Below, in pieces: positions 24,674 through 37,060 of a DNA stretch of 64,000 bases. The stretch covers positions 79,915-143,914 of IMG/VR virus record IMGVR_UViG_3300029305_005443; one strand, 5' to 3'. Made by a program: the position numbers and the translations under genes. This DNA is from a virus (lineage: Duplodnaviria > Caudoviricetes). Numbering within the stretch: position 1 is the stretch's first letter; every line of letters begins with the position of its first letter. The notes under the pieces were generated by a model. It did no database searches and was not told the origin of the DNA. It worked only from the letters and a program-made list of their open reading frames with translations.

Positions 24674-25177
24674 TTGTCTACATTAAATGCAAGGATAAAA
24701 TTAAGGCGGGACAATGACTACAATTATGCTTCCAACTTTGTTCCTTTATTCGGTGAAGTTTGCTTAGTAGATACTGCCAAAGAAGGGTTAAAGGTAAAGG
24801 TTGGTGACGGCATAACACCATTTGGTAGCCTTGATTGGTATTATCCAGTTGATTTTGGTTAGGCAACCTTAATCCTTGGGTATTACTATAATAATCAATT
24901 TTATTATGATGCAGGTCACACAGAACTGGCTGTTAGTGATAGTAGAGATCTGTACATAGATAAAAATTAGTCAATAATATATTATTATACTGGTGCTGTT
25001 TATAAAGCGGCGTCAACTTAGATAGTTCACGCTTCTGAAGTGGTAGATGGTATTATGAGATTATATAATACCACTGGACAAAATATAGATGGCACAATGA
25101 CATAGAAATCAATCACAGACGGGCTTGAGGAGTTAAAGCTCACTGTTGATGGTGAAACTTTATCTGCTCAATACTGA
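24674..25177 (+). CDS. Tail-fibre-type protein with Mtd/hyaluronidase-like N-terminal domain, 4 TAGs
   Basis: RIKLRRD..GEVCL..KVKVGDG; TGQNIDGTMT[TAG]KSITD matches the MTQK fibre motif. Confidence 0.8.
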
Positions 25178-25196
25178 TTTAGGAGAAAATAATAAC

Positions 25197-26225
25197 ATGG
25201 CTTACACCTATTCAAATACGCCTGTTCTTTCAAGAATTCAAATTGGTGGTTAGTTATATTACTTAAAAGATGCTGATGCCCGTGCAATTCTTGATGCAGC
25301 AGTATCTGTTATTGATAGCACAAATAACCTTGCCACTGCCTCTGCTGTTAAGAATTATGTTGATTCTGCAATGGCAGCTATTCCAGAATTCGATGCTGTT
25401 GTTTCCACAAATGCTGCTAATACACCATATGGTGTTCAGTGGGATGACAATGGAACAATAATTACTGGTACATTAGTTGCAAGTTCAGACACATTCCATA
25501 AGATCTATCTTGTTCCTCAAACTGGTGCAACTGGTACTTATGTTGAATGGATGACTATCAGAACTGGTTCTGCAGTTGTTGATGAAGCAATAGTTGGTGA
25601 AACAGAACTTTCTTACACTTATTCTTGGGAACAAATTGGTTCTACAGCTATTAACCTTTCTGGTTATGTGCAAGAAATAAAGTATGAAAACAAGACTTTA
25701 AAACAAGAATACAACAGTGTTTGGTACAGTGTTCATACATTTGGTGATCTTGCAGATAAGGATAGTGCTTCCACGACATTAACAGATTATGCAACTGGCA
25801 TCAATGGTGTTTCTTATACACCAGCAGGAAGTGTTACAGTTAACAGTGTTTCCATTACACCTGCTACTTCTAATGTTGCTGTTGTAACCAGTGCTGGTAC
25901 AGGTTATTCATTATCTGGTGGAAGTGTTACTCAAGCAGCTGCTACAACTTCTGCATTTGCAGTTGCCGGTGTTACAGCAGAGGTAGGTACCGGTGCTGAT
26001 TCTGAAACACTTATTCTTTCTGTAGCAACTACAGCAAGTGCAGTTACCGCTACAGGTACTTTAACTTACACAGCCCCAACATTAACTGGTGCTCTTCCAA
26101 CATTTAGTACTGCAGAAGTTATGACTGGTATTACAGCTGCAACAGGAACTGCTACATTCAGCGGATCTGCTTCTACTATAACACCAACACTTTCTACAAG
26201 CACAAAGAACATTTCAGTTTCGTAA
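25197..26225 (+). CDS. Thr/Ser/Ala-rich fibre protein, 1 TAG
   Basis: AGGAG RBS; SRIQIGG[TAG]LYYLKDADAR N-terminal motif; YTPAGSV repeat. Confidence 0.8.
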
Positions 26226-26264
26226 TATAAAATATATTAAAGCTATTACAAAGGACATTAACAA

Positions 26265-27614
26265 ATGGCTGATATTAGCAAATTAACGGTTGGCGGAAGC
26301 ACTTATAATATAAAAGATACTACTGCACGAGATTGGGCTTCTTCTGCTATCAGCATGATTAGTGACATTCAGGGTGCTGGTGTTAACTACAGTGTTGCTG
26401 CTTCCTTGCCTACTGCTGGTGAAACATACAAAGGATGGATTTATCTTATCCCTGACTCATCTGGTTCTGGGTAGAACATAAAAGATGAGTATATCTGTGT
26501 TCAAAGTGGAACAAGTTGGGTTTGGGAATAGATTGGTACAACTGCAACTGACCTTACAAATTATATTTCTGGTACCTTATCAGATATTACAATTGCAAGT
26601 GCATCTCACAGACATACTGTACCAGCTTTAAATACTATCTCTTATACCCCTGCCGGATCCGTTTCAATAAGTATGACAACTCAAAGTAGTTGGAGTTTAA
26701 CTGCTTCTACTACACAATCTGCAGTCACTGCTTCATTTACTGGTTCTTACACTCCTGCAGGTACAATTGCAGTTGATTCTACTGCAAGCACAACTAGTGT
26801 TTCTGCAACTGTTTCTGGTTCATACGATAAGACAACAGGTGGGTCTTTTACATACACTTCTACTGCAGCAGATATAACTAATACAAAAACAGCAGCGGAT
26901 GTTACCGGTGCTTCTTATACCCCTGCGGGTACAATCTCAGCATCAACTGCATCAACTGCTGGTACTGGTGTTTTAGTTTCTATTGTAGCTTCTACAGGAG
27001 AAACTTTAGGAGACACTCAATATGGTGCTCCTACAATTTCATCCTCAACAAAAGCAAGTGCCTTAACAAGTGCTACTCTTCAATATTCATACGATTCTGC
27101 AAATGAAAATCTCACTTTTGGCTCTGGAACTTCTGTTGTTGCATTAAGCATTACTTCTGCTAATTGCTTTACAGCGTTTACCTTATCACAAGGTACTGCT
27201 ACAATGAAAGCATTTACAACAACTACTAGCTATATTTCATTTGTTGGTACTGCAGCAACTATTACCCCTGCTGTTTCTTACTCAAAAGCAACTGGTGTTT
27301 CTTACGCAAAAGCTACAGACTTTACTCTTTCCTATACTTCTACTGCTCTTACATTAGAAGGTACGATCAATGTTCCAGCATACAAATTTACTGGAACTGC
27401 AGCCACAATTACAACCTCTGGCACATATAGCAAAGTCAGTGTTGTTAAATATGATGTTGATACAATTAGTGAAGCTACTTTCTCTGGAACTGCAGCTACA
27501 CTTACACCAACATACTCAACTGCACAATCTGCTACAACTTACACCAATTATCAAAATACAGGTGCTTCTGGCACAGTCAGTGGCGTGAAGGGGGTTGTGC
27601 CTCCTACAACTTAA
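26265..27614 (+). CDS. Thr/Ser-rich fibre protein with YTPAG and FTGTAATI repeats, 2 TAGs
   Basis: In-frame join; WE[TAG]IGT aligns with WEQIGS of the preceding paralogue. Confidence 0.8.
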
Positions 27615-27670
27615 CTTTCCAGTATTGTATATAATTACACATAATACAAAGGAAAGGTGAATTTAGGAAG

Positions 27671-28645
27671 ATGAAATTACAGATTTTAATTCCTCAGTAC
27701 AAAGAGACTGACGATGTTGTGAAGACTATGCTTGATAGTCTTCAAATTCAGCAGAATGTGGATTTCAATGAGTTTGGAGTTATTATTTGCAACGATGGTT
27801 CAGATGTTTTTCTGAGTGACGAGTTGTTAAATAGTTATCCATTCAAAATTGAGTATTATAAAGAGCCACATAGGGGTGTGTCTGGCACAAGAAATGCTTG
27901 TCTTGACCACTCCACTGCTGATTATGTAATGTTTTGTGATGCTGACGATATGTTTGTCAGTGCTTGTGGATTGTTTGTTATCTTTTCTGAAATTGATAGA
28001 GAAGGGGGTTTTAAGACTTTATCTTCTTTATTCATTGAAGAAGCTAGATTCCAAGGAAAACCATTCTATGTCAACCATGAGAATGACTGCACTTTTGTTC
28101 ATGGAAAAGTTCATAACAGGCAATTCTTAATTGACAACAATATTCGTTGGAATGAAAAGTTAACTATTCACGAAGATAGTTATTTCAATGTTCTTTGTCA
28201 AACAGTTGCAGGAGAGATTAAGTATTCCAATAATGCTTTTTATCTTTGGAAGTGGCGTGACGCTTCTGTTTGCAGGCACGACGATAAATACCTTCTTAAG
28301 ACATATAACAATATGTTGGACAGCAATTAGGCACTTGTTGAACAATTCTTATTAAGAGGAATGTTTGACACTGCTAAGTACCACGCAACCAATATGATTT
28401 TCGAAGCGTATTTCACTCTTAACAAGAAAGAATGGATTGACCAAGAAAATCAGGATTATAGAAAAGCAGTTGAAGACCATTTCAGAGAATATTACGAAAA
28501 GTTTAAATATTTATTTGAACAAACTTCTGACGAAACAAAGCACTAGATTATTTCTGGCATTAAAAACAGAATGTTCAAAGAAGGAATGTTCTTAGAAACT
28601 ATTACATTTGCTGACTGGATGAAACAGATCGAGCATAAAGAGTAA
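27671..28645 (+). CDS. Glycosyltransferase family 2 (GT-A), 2 TAGs
   Basis: ILIPQYK, ICNDGS, GVSGTRN, YVMFCDADD (DxD), HED; readthrough to TAA 28643. Confidence 0.88.
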
Positions 28646-28699
28646 ACTTAATAAGATTGAGAATCAGTAATAATATATATTAATAGGTGGGAGAGAGAA

Positions 28700-29170
28700 A
28701 TGGCAACAAGAAAAACAACAAAAGCAGTGGTAGAAGAAGCTGTTGTTGAAGAAGTGAAAGTCGAAAAAGAACCTGTAAAGAAAACAACTACAAAGAAAAC
28801 AACAAAAACAGTTTCTAAAAAGGTTGTTAAGCCAGTTGAAATTAAACCAATTGAGGAACTTAAACCAGAAATCACTAAGTTCTACAAAGTTAAGACTGGT
28901 GTTTATGGAAAACATATAGAAGCAGGTGTTGCTTATATTAAAGGGCCTAATGTTACAACAATGTCTTTTTCAGAAGGAACTTCTGTTTCGGTTCACGCTG
29001 TTCCAAAAACAAAATATTTCTTTAAGCAATGGGTAAATGAAAAAGGAGAATTTGTTTCGAAAAGCAATCCTTATACATTCACAATGCCTGCTAAGGAAGT
29101 TGAAATTTATGCAACTTTTGGGCAAGCTGAAATTCCACCCCAGCCAAAAAAGAAGTTAGAAAAAATGTAA
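28700..29170 (+). CDS. Lys/Thr/Glu-rich N-terminus + InlB B-repeat-like domain
   Basis: EGTSVSVHAVP..YFFKQW..SNPYTFTMP..YATF. Confidence 0.75.
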   Translation: MATRKTTKAVVEEAVVEEVKVEKEPVKKTTTKKTTKTVSKKVVKPVEIKPIEELKPEITKFYKVKTGVYGKHIEAGVAYIKGPNVTTMSFSEGTSVSVHAVPKTKYFFKQWVNEKGEFVSKSNPYTFTMPAKEVEIYATFGQAEIPPQPKKKLEKM

Positions 29171-29187
29171 CACAAAGGATTTAATTT

Positions 29188-29649
29188 ATGCCAATTAGTG
29201 ATATTCCATCTGGGGACGATCCACTCTTTTCGGAAAGTACCTTTTATATAGCAAGAACAGGTGCCTATAGTGGTCATTCTGAAGCTGGATCTGCATATGT
29301 TGGTACAAGTTCATTTGTAACTGGTTTATATACAGAGGGAGATCAGGTTACTTTTACAGCTTACCCAGCTGCAACTTATTTCTTCCATAATTGGGTTGAT
29401 GCTAATGGAAGTGCAGTAGCATCTTCTAATCCGTATGTATTTACTATGCCAGCGTACAGTGTGGCATATTATGCTACATTTGGTCATGAAGAAGTTAACC
29501 CAGGAAATTCCTCAACTTCTATTTCTACTGCTACGGTAAAAGTTAAAACAAGTAATTCTTGGAAAACTGCTACTGTAAAGCGATACACTGGTTCTGCTTG
29601 GGTACCTGCTACCGTTAAGGTATTTAAGGGCTCAGGTGAGTCAAATTGA
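29188..29649 (+). CDS. InlB B-repeat-like domain protein, paralogue of 28700
   Basis: EGDQVTFTAYP..YFFHNW..SNPYVFTMP..YATF. Confidence 0.75.
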   Translation: MPISDIPSGDDPLFSESTFYIARTGAYSGHSEAGSAYVGTSSFVTGLYTEGDQVTFTAYPAATYFFHNWVDANGSAVASSNPYVFTMPAYSVAYYATFGHEEVNPGNSSTSISTATVKVKTSNSWKTATVKRYTGSAWVPATVKVFKGSGESN

Positions 29650-29667
29650 TAATAAGGAAAAATTAAC

Positions 29668-30438
29668 GTGCCTAATATTGTTGATAAAATAACTGTAAAA
29701 AGTTCTACCTATGCAATAGAAGATGCTAGGTTTGTATCAAATGGTGACCAAGTTGTCATTGATGCTGAAAATATGTATATTGGTGAGATTTCACCAGACA
29801 ATAAAGTTTTAACTGCTGGTGACCCTATTGTTGCTGGTGGAATTTCTACTGAAGCTACCACAGCAAGAAGATATTTAGTTGGTGTTGCTTCTGTTTCTGG
29901 TGCTAATCAAGAAACAAATACCAATGCTGGTGTTTATGTTACTAATGGTACTCTTTACGCACAACAATATTCAGGTCTCCCAGTATTCACCTATAATTCC
30001 CTTGTTGGCGGAGTTGCTGGTGTTGTCCCAGGGTTCTCACTTGCACAAAATATTGATGTGGCAAATTCTTATTTAAGAGCAGATGGTACATTTGCACCAG
30101 TTACAGTAAGTTCTGCTATAACAAGTGTTCCTGCTGCTTAGTCCAATATTACTGGTGGTTTCAGATTAGGACAACAAGGCGTCAATGTTTCTGGAACTTG
30201 GACATATGCTACAGAAATTGCTCTTAAAAGAAACGACGATGCAACAACTCCGTATGCTTACACAAAGATTCCTATTTACCCAGGAAGTACTTCTCTTAAT
30301 GCTGATGGGTTTACTTACCCAACAGCTGGATTAGTTCCTTATAAATCAGGATTTAATACTTCTTCATATTTCTTAAATGGTGTTGGTAACTGGGCAAAAG
30401 CAGCAACAGTTTCAGACCATACACTTATTATTTTATGA
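29668..30438 (+). CDS. Fibre protein (GxAGxVP..YLRADGT repeats), 1 TAG
   Basis: Readthrough to TGA 30436 gives a second AGLVP..FLNGVGNW repeat. Confidence 0.78.
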
Positions 30439-30447
30439 GGTTAAAGT

Positions 30448-30750
30448 ATGGAAATTTCTTTGAATGAATCTATTTTGAAAGAAACAGAAGAATTTCTTAC
30501 TTCCTTAGAAGAAAGTTATGAAGTTTTTATTGTTAATTCAAAAAACGAAGATAAACTAATCAAATCCGGTAATAAAACTTCTGCAACAAATTTAGTTGAA
30601 GGATTTATTTCGGATAATTCAAGATTAGATGACTTAGATGCAACCCAATTATATGTGATTGATAAATCAAAAGAAAACAATAATGAGTTGTTTATCTACA
30701 CAAAAGATGAGAAAGGTTGGAATGTTGACTTTGATAAGTTGACTCAATAA
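30448..30750 (+). CDS. Acidic hypothetical protein (SLNES motif)
   Basis: GAGGT RBS. Confidence 0.75.
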   Translation: MEISLNESILKETEEFLTSLEESYEVFIVNSKNEDKLIKSGNKTSATNLVEGFISDNSRLDDLDATQLYVIDKSKENNNELFIYTKDEKGWNVDFDKLTQ

Positions 30751-30776
30751 TAAGGAATTGTTTAAGGAAAAGACTA

Positions 30777-31139
30777 ATGTATAAATCTGTTGAAAGTAAC
30801 GCGTCGATTATAAGAATAAATCGTGGTGATTCTTTTCAGAAACCTTTATATATAAATTGTGGTACATTTTTGAACCCTGTTAGGTATCAACTTCAAGAGG
30901 GGGATAAAGTGTATTTTGGTGTTATGGAACCAAACCACTATTGGGAACAGTCTATCCTTAGACAAAGATATGATAAGGATAGTGACAAGACAGAAGATGG
31001 AGATATTATCATAAAAATTTCTCCAGAAGAAACTGAGTATCTTCTTCCAGGTACTTATTATTATCAAGTTAAGTTATTAAGAAGTGAAGATTTGGAAGTG
31101 AAGACTGTCGTTCCTACGACATTATTTATAATACTTTGA
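30777..31139 (+). CDS. BppU N-terminal-like baseplate/fibre-attachment protein
   Basis: IRINRGDS..DKVYFGV..ISPEETEYLLPGTYYYQVKL. Confidence 0.72.
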   Translation: MYKSVESNASIIRINRGDSFQKPLYINCGTFLNPVRYQLQEGDKVYFGVMEPNHYWEQSILRQRYDKDSDKTEDGDIIIKISPEETEYLLPGTYYYQVKLLRSEDLEVKTVVPTTLFIIL

Positions 31140-31230
31140 CACCTCCTTCATTCTCCCTCCTTTGTATATTGATTAGAGAGAACTAATCCCTGCCAGCATA
31201 CCAGGTATAGTATGCTTTTTGGAGATTTTA

Positions 31231-33924
31231 ATGCCACAACAATACATTGATAACGTTATATCAAAAGACGGAACTGAATATGGATTAAGACCTGCTGACG
31301 GAACAGTCACTTCTGCTAAAATTTCTACAAGTGCAGTTGTAACAGGTAAGATTTCTGCAAATGCTATCACTACTGCAAAGATAGCAACCAGTGCAGTTAC
31401 AGAATCAAAAATAGCAGATGGAACTATTACCTCTGCTAAATTTGCACCAGAAGTTATTTCTTGGATTTCTGATGTTACTGGCGGTGTTGAAAGTATCAAC
31501 ACTTATCAAGGGGCCATCACTCTTTCAACAGGTGTTGTACCTGGTGCATTTACACTTGGGGATGGCTACACTACACAAACAATATCAATCAATGGACTTG
31601 GTACCGCTGCTTTCTCTTCGGCAGATTCATTCCTTTCAAGTGCTTGTTATGATCTTGTCCTGGGTCAATCTGTAAATATGTCAGAAGTTCTTTCTGCATA
31701 TGATGCTGGCAAACTTATAAGGGTCGATACAACAAATGTTTAGTTCGATCCAAAAGTAAATGACACTGGTGTTCACGACCTTAATTTCTTAAGTAAAAGT
31801 GGGGAAACTTCCATTGCCTATATGATTTTTAACCATGGAGTTAATTCTTCTAACTATATTGCAGATCTTAAGTGGGATACTACTTATGCTTCAAGCAATG
31901 GTTGGTCATATATAAATGGTAGAGATTTAATTAATTCTTATTCGCCTGCATTTACTGGCACTCCGACAACTCCTGATATTACAAATCTTTCCACAAGTAC
32001 TTCTCAAATTGCAAATGCAGCTTTTGTTCAAGCAGTTGTTCAAGATAAAGTTGCTGCTGCTGTTTCTTCTGCCATGTCTTCTATAGCAACAGATGTTATT
32101 GTTGCATTTGAATATGGAAGTTAGTTAACAAGTGCAGAAGTTACTGGTGCATTAAGTGCTTTTGATGAAGGCAAGATTGTTAATTGTAAAATAAATTCTA
32201 ATTTATCATCTGCTATTTGGCAAGGAACTGTTACCACACTAGCAAGTTATAGTGCAGCTGCAAGTGTTACTTCTATGCAATTCCTTGGTACAATTGGTTC
32301 CACACCAAATTATAAAATTGTTCAGGTCAATTGTACTCAATCTGCTTCTACAACTTGGCAGTATTCATTATTTGATATTCCAGAAATTAGTGCAGTTTTA
32401 AGCACTGCTAAGACTGAAGTTTCTTTAACCGTTACTGGTTCTTCTGTTTCTACCACAATAACAGAAAGTTAGATTGAAAGTTATTATGAGTCTGTTTAGG
32501 ATTGTATCTTTACTGGTTCTGATGGGTATTCCTATCAAGTGGCTTCTTATAACGGCACAGCTCACACTGTGAACCTTGTTGCCGTTCAACCGGATGGAAC
32601 TTTGAGAACTGTTGCACTTAGTGCTGCTGATAACAACACTGCATTAAGTGGAACACTTAAGCTTATTCAACCAACTTTTGATGTTGTGTATGGAGAAGCA
32701 GTTGATGCGGCGGAGATTTTAAACGCAATTTCATCTGGCAGATAGATTAGGTGTAAAATAGTTGATACCGACCTTGAAACTACATACTATTATTATTTGT
32801 CTAATTATCAACTTGATGGGTCTAGTTTATACGGTCTTCAATTTATTGATTTATTCCCTAATTTACTGGAAGAAGTTGTTTTCTATACCTGGAATTCAGA
32901 TACCAACTCCAACAATGGTTGGGATTCTGAGGTTATGCATCTCGTCACCCCTAACTCTCCAACTTTTACAGGAACTCCAAAAGCACCAACAGCTTCTACA
33001 AGCACTAGCACAACACAGATAGCTACCACTGAGTTTGTTCATAATGTAGCTTCTTCTGATACATATAAAGAAGCTTATATTGTAACTTATGGTGATACTC
33101 TTGATTATGACACTATTGTTGCTAAAAGAACTGCTGGTAAAATTGTTTTATGCAAGTTGACTTCTAGTATAAGTCCTGGTATACCAGCAGATACTTTCCT
33201 TCAACTGTATACTTATAATTATACCCCTAGTGGAGGAAGTGCTGGGTACAGTATACTATTTGCAGGTTATATTATTAGTGGAAATTACAGAGTAACTTTT
33301 ACTTGTCATGGTTCCACAAAGTCTTGCGACACATGGAGTCACAGTATGACTTTCCTGGCGCCTATTGCTTCACCTAACTTTTCTGGAACTCCAACTGCTC
33401 CAACTGCTTCTGCAGCAACTAATAGTACACAAATAGCTACAACTGCCTTTGTAAAGACTGCAATCAGTGGGATAACTCATCCAACAGAAGTTTTCATTAT
33501 TGATTACGGCGATGAGAGTAAAGCCAGTTAGCTTTCCGCAGCTTATGCAGCAGGTAAGAGTATTTGGTGTAGATATACAGAAGAAGATGAAGAAGATGGA
33601 GCTTGGTCTAGTACACATCTCATCCCTCTTACTAATTATACCTATGAGGAAGATATCGGTGAATATTATATTTTCTCAATATTTATGACCCCATAGTATT
33701 AGGAAGATGAAGTGTGGTCAATACAACTTCTTGACGGATATTCTTGGGAAGAAATAAGAAAGGTATCTTTTGCTTAGTAGAGTGTTGCTCTTGCAACCTA
33801 CAACGGGAACAGTTACATTAAAGTGGGCTCCAGCGGTCTTTCTAGCGGAACAAAGAATATTTATATTCAATCTACTCAACCATACACCAATAATGTTGGT
33901 GACATTTGGATTGATATTTCTTAA
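31231..33924 (+). CDS. Long tail fibre protein (897 aa), 10 TAGs including TAGTAG
   Basis: Six fragments in one frame; TxAKIA repeats, three SPxFTGTPxAP..STQIATTxFV repeats, C-terminal GDIWID. Confidence 0.85.
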
Positions 33925-33938
33925 TTTAAAGGAACAAA

Positions 33939-36368
33939 ATGGCTTTAAATGCTAACTCAAAAGTTGGTTCAGACATTTAGATGTTTGATGTAAGACCATA
34001 TAGTGAGTATAAAAATGCTGGATGGAAAGAAGGATTTGAAACTTCTTGGACTGGTTTTACTTCAAATGAATATTATACTAACACTATGTTGGATTAGAAT
34101 AACTATTCTGGAACTTCTTCAATGTCTTCTGGTAATGCAGTAAATTCTGAACGAACATTTAGTGGGTGGAAATTCTTATACAAACCATATAGTGAAACAC
34201 AAATTCAATGGGTTCTTCTTTATATTTTTGTAAGGAATGTTACCCCAGGAAGTAATTTCTTCCATAGAAATTGCAACCTTTATGAGTTAAGTGTTAACGG
34301 AAGCAAAGTTGTTTCTATGAAGAGCACCAACAATGATAATGGAGATCAGGTTCAATTATCAACTGGTGCTCTTACCAACAAAAGATATACTTCAATAGGT
34401 GGCCAATCAACCAAATATGGTCAATTGGTACCTATTGATAGTAATGTTGGTTATAACAAAACTCAAGTGAATGCTGGAACTACTTAGGTAGTTTTCATCG
34501 GTAAGTTTACTGTAACTGGTGGTGTTCAAGGAACAGCAAATAAAAAATTTAATATTTCCTTTAAATATGCCAATTACAATTATCTTTCATATGCAAGCGG
34601 AATAAAAGCAATAGCTAAAATTCCTAGTAAATGGAGCACTTCAGTTAACTGGAGTAGTGGTATAAAGACTGCATTTACAAATGGTACTTTTGCATATAAT
34701 CCAACTCCTATATTAACCCCTGCAGCTCCAACTGTAGCAACTATTTCAAATGGCTATGTTTCTTATAACCAGACAATAACTGCAACTGGCGGTAAATATG
34801 TAAAGGTCATTAACCCAAATCAAGGAAATAATTTTTAGTGGCTTTCTTCAGTAGGAACATTTAATTTATCTTCTTTGACATTTACTTCGTCTCCTGATAA
34901 TACTTCAGCTACACCAGATCACATAACTGCGAGAGCTACTATCTGGGATGAGTACAAAGATAACTGGTATTCAGAATCAAATAATATAAATGTATAGTAT
35001 GCTCCTAAAGATGTTCAATTTACAGCTAAAAGTGCTTCAGCAACCGGCATAACTATCACTTATAAAAGGCATGCTTCTACTGGTACAAATGGTTATTTCA
35101 ATCTTCTTTATGTAACTTGCTCAACAAGTTCTGATAGAGGAGAATTAAGCTTCCCATTCTATAGCAGAGATATTGAAATTCAAGTTTCTAGAAATGGTTC
35201 TATTGCTATGATTTATGCAGAAGGAACTTCTTTGGGAATGAGTCTTAACACTGAAGGGGAAACCACCCTCACATTTACACCTGCTTGTTATGTATCAGGA
35301 AATGGATTAGTTATAAGTTCAGAAACATTCACTTATAAATTGAGTGACACAAGACCTCAATTTGAAATTCTTGGAGCAACTTTGGATTATCCAATAGATG
35401 CAAATGGAATTTCTCATATAATTTATAATGGGTCCTATTATAAATATGAACCTTGTGTTACTTTCTCTTTGTCTTATGACTCAAATGTAACTACAGTAAA
35501 GGATATCTCAGCTTTTGTCACAAATAGATCTGATTTATCTACTAATGCAACTGTTCTTTCTTCAACATATTATTATAAGCCTGCTATTTTATCAAATGGC
35601 ATTGGTAAAATATTAATACCAGAAGTTATGGGAAGAGGACAGAGTTACATACATATTCAAGTAATTTCTGCACCTACTTCTAGTTTATCCACAGAAACAG
35701 TTTCAAATGTAGTTGTACCAGTTTCTTGTTCGTTAGAAGATTACACCACAAATAAAATTAAAGAGGGCGAATTAGTTGATAGTGCAGTAATAAGAAATAA
35801 AATTTTAAGTTATGCACAAGCTAAAATTTCTAACTATGAAACAATAATAAATTCTGTTAACAATACATTTACTTCTAATGGTGCTCTTGTTTGGGATTAG
35901 GGGCATTTGAAGATTTCAGAAGGATTGCTTGTAACTACCAGTATAAAAGAATTGTTGACTGCATTAGAACAATTCTATACAGAAATAACTTATAATAATC
36001 CATATAAAGTTTATTATAAAGGGGAACTGTCTTCAGGACAAACTAATACATTGGTCTCTCCGTTAGTGGATGACACTCTGGGAGGTTTCATCAATTACAA
36101 CAATGGTATTGTCACTGTCTCCGAAGATTCAAGCAAGATCAAATTCTATGATAATTCTGTGCAATATCCAAGTGTAGTTAATTAGAATGTATAGAATATT
36201 GAATTGAATGAGGATAATTAGTTTGAGTTCGATGAAAATAGTTGGTCTTGGGTTTTATCGTCATTAGACGATTTAATTATAGCCAGTTAGGTAACAATAA
36301 CAAGCAATCAGTTAGAAGTTTTTAATAATTATCAAAAAGCAATTTTATATATTGTATCTTTATTATAA
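33939..36368 (+). CDS. Large beta-rich virion protein (809 aa), 10 TAGs
   Basis: AAGGA RBS; no TAA/TGA in frame until 36366. Confidence 0.8.
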
Positions 36369-36380
36369 GGAGTGAATTTA

Positions 36381-36635
36381 ATGGAATGGTTTTTAAGAAG
36401 TAATTCAACTGGTGCTCGTATTCTTAGAACAATTGCACAAGGTATTCTTGGTGTTATTGTTGCTATCCTTCCAGATCTTATTGGTCTTATTGACCTTAAC
36501 CCAACTTTCCAAGCCGCTCTTGTTGCTTTGGTCATGGCAATTCTTAGCCCAATTATGAGCGAGATTGGTAAGCATGTGGAAGAAGTCAACGGAAAGAAAC
36601 GGGCTGCAAAGGCTTTAAAGGAACAAGCAAAATAA
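36381..36635 (+). CDS. Holin (r1t-like, 2 TM)
   Basis: RILRTIAQ motif, two hydrophobic helices, basic C-terminus. Confidence 0.75.
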   Translation: MEWFLRSNSTGARILRTIAQGILGVIVAILPDLIGLIDLNPTFQAALVALVMAILSPIMSEIGKHVEEVNGKKRAAKALKEQAK

Positions 36636-36650
36636 TAAAGGATATTGAAA

Positions 36651-37037
36651 ATGGAATGGTGGACTAATGTCTGGGTCCCTCTTATCATAGCTCTACTTAC
36701 TGCAGCCGCAACACTCATTGGGACCTTAGCCGGCGTTAGAGCACAATTGAAGATTAACGAAAAGAAAGCAGAAGAGGATCGTAGAAGGTTAGAAGAAGAG
36801 CGGGAACGCAAAGAAACAGAGCGGCAAGAAAAGCAAGAAGAAGCGTTGAAAAGCATTTTACGCACAGAACTTCTTCGCATATATTTCCGCAGAGCTGAAA
36901 AAGGATAGAAATTCTTAACACAATGGGAATCTGAAAATGTGCATAGAATGTACGCCTCTTACACTGCTCTTGGTGGCAACTCATTCGTCAGAGATTTAGT
37001 AAATAAAATGAATGAATGGGAAGTCGTACAAAACTAA
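36651..37037 (+). CDS. Holin-associated membrane protein (YxxLGGN family), 1 TAG
   Basis: N-terminal TM, coil, LR..L, and YTALGGNSFV only after TAG 36906. Confidence 0.78.
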
Positions 37038-37060
37038 ACTATTAAGAATGTGAGTTGTCA

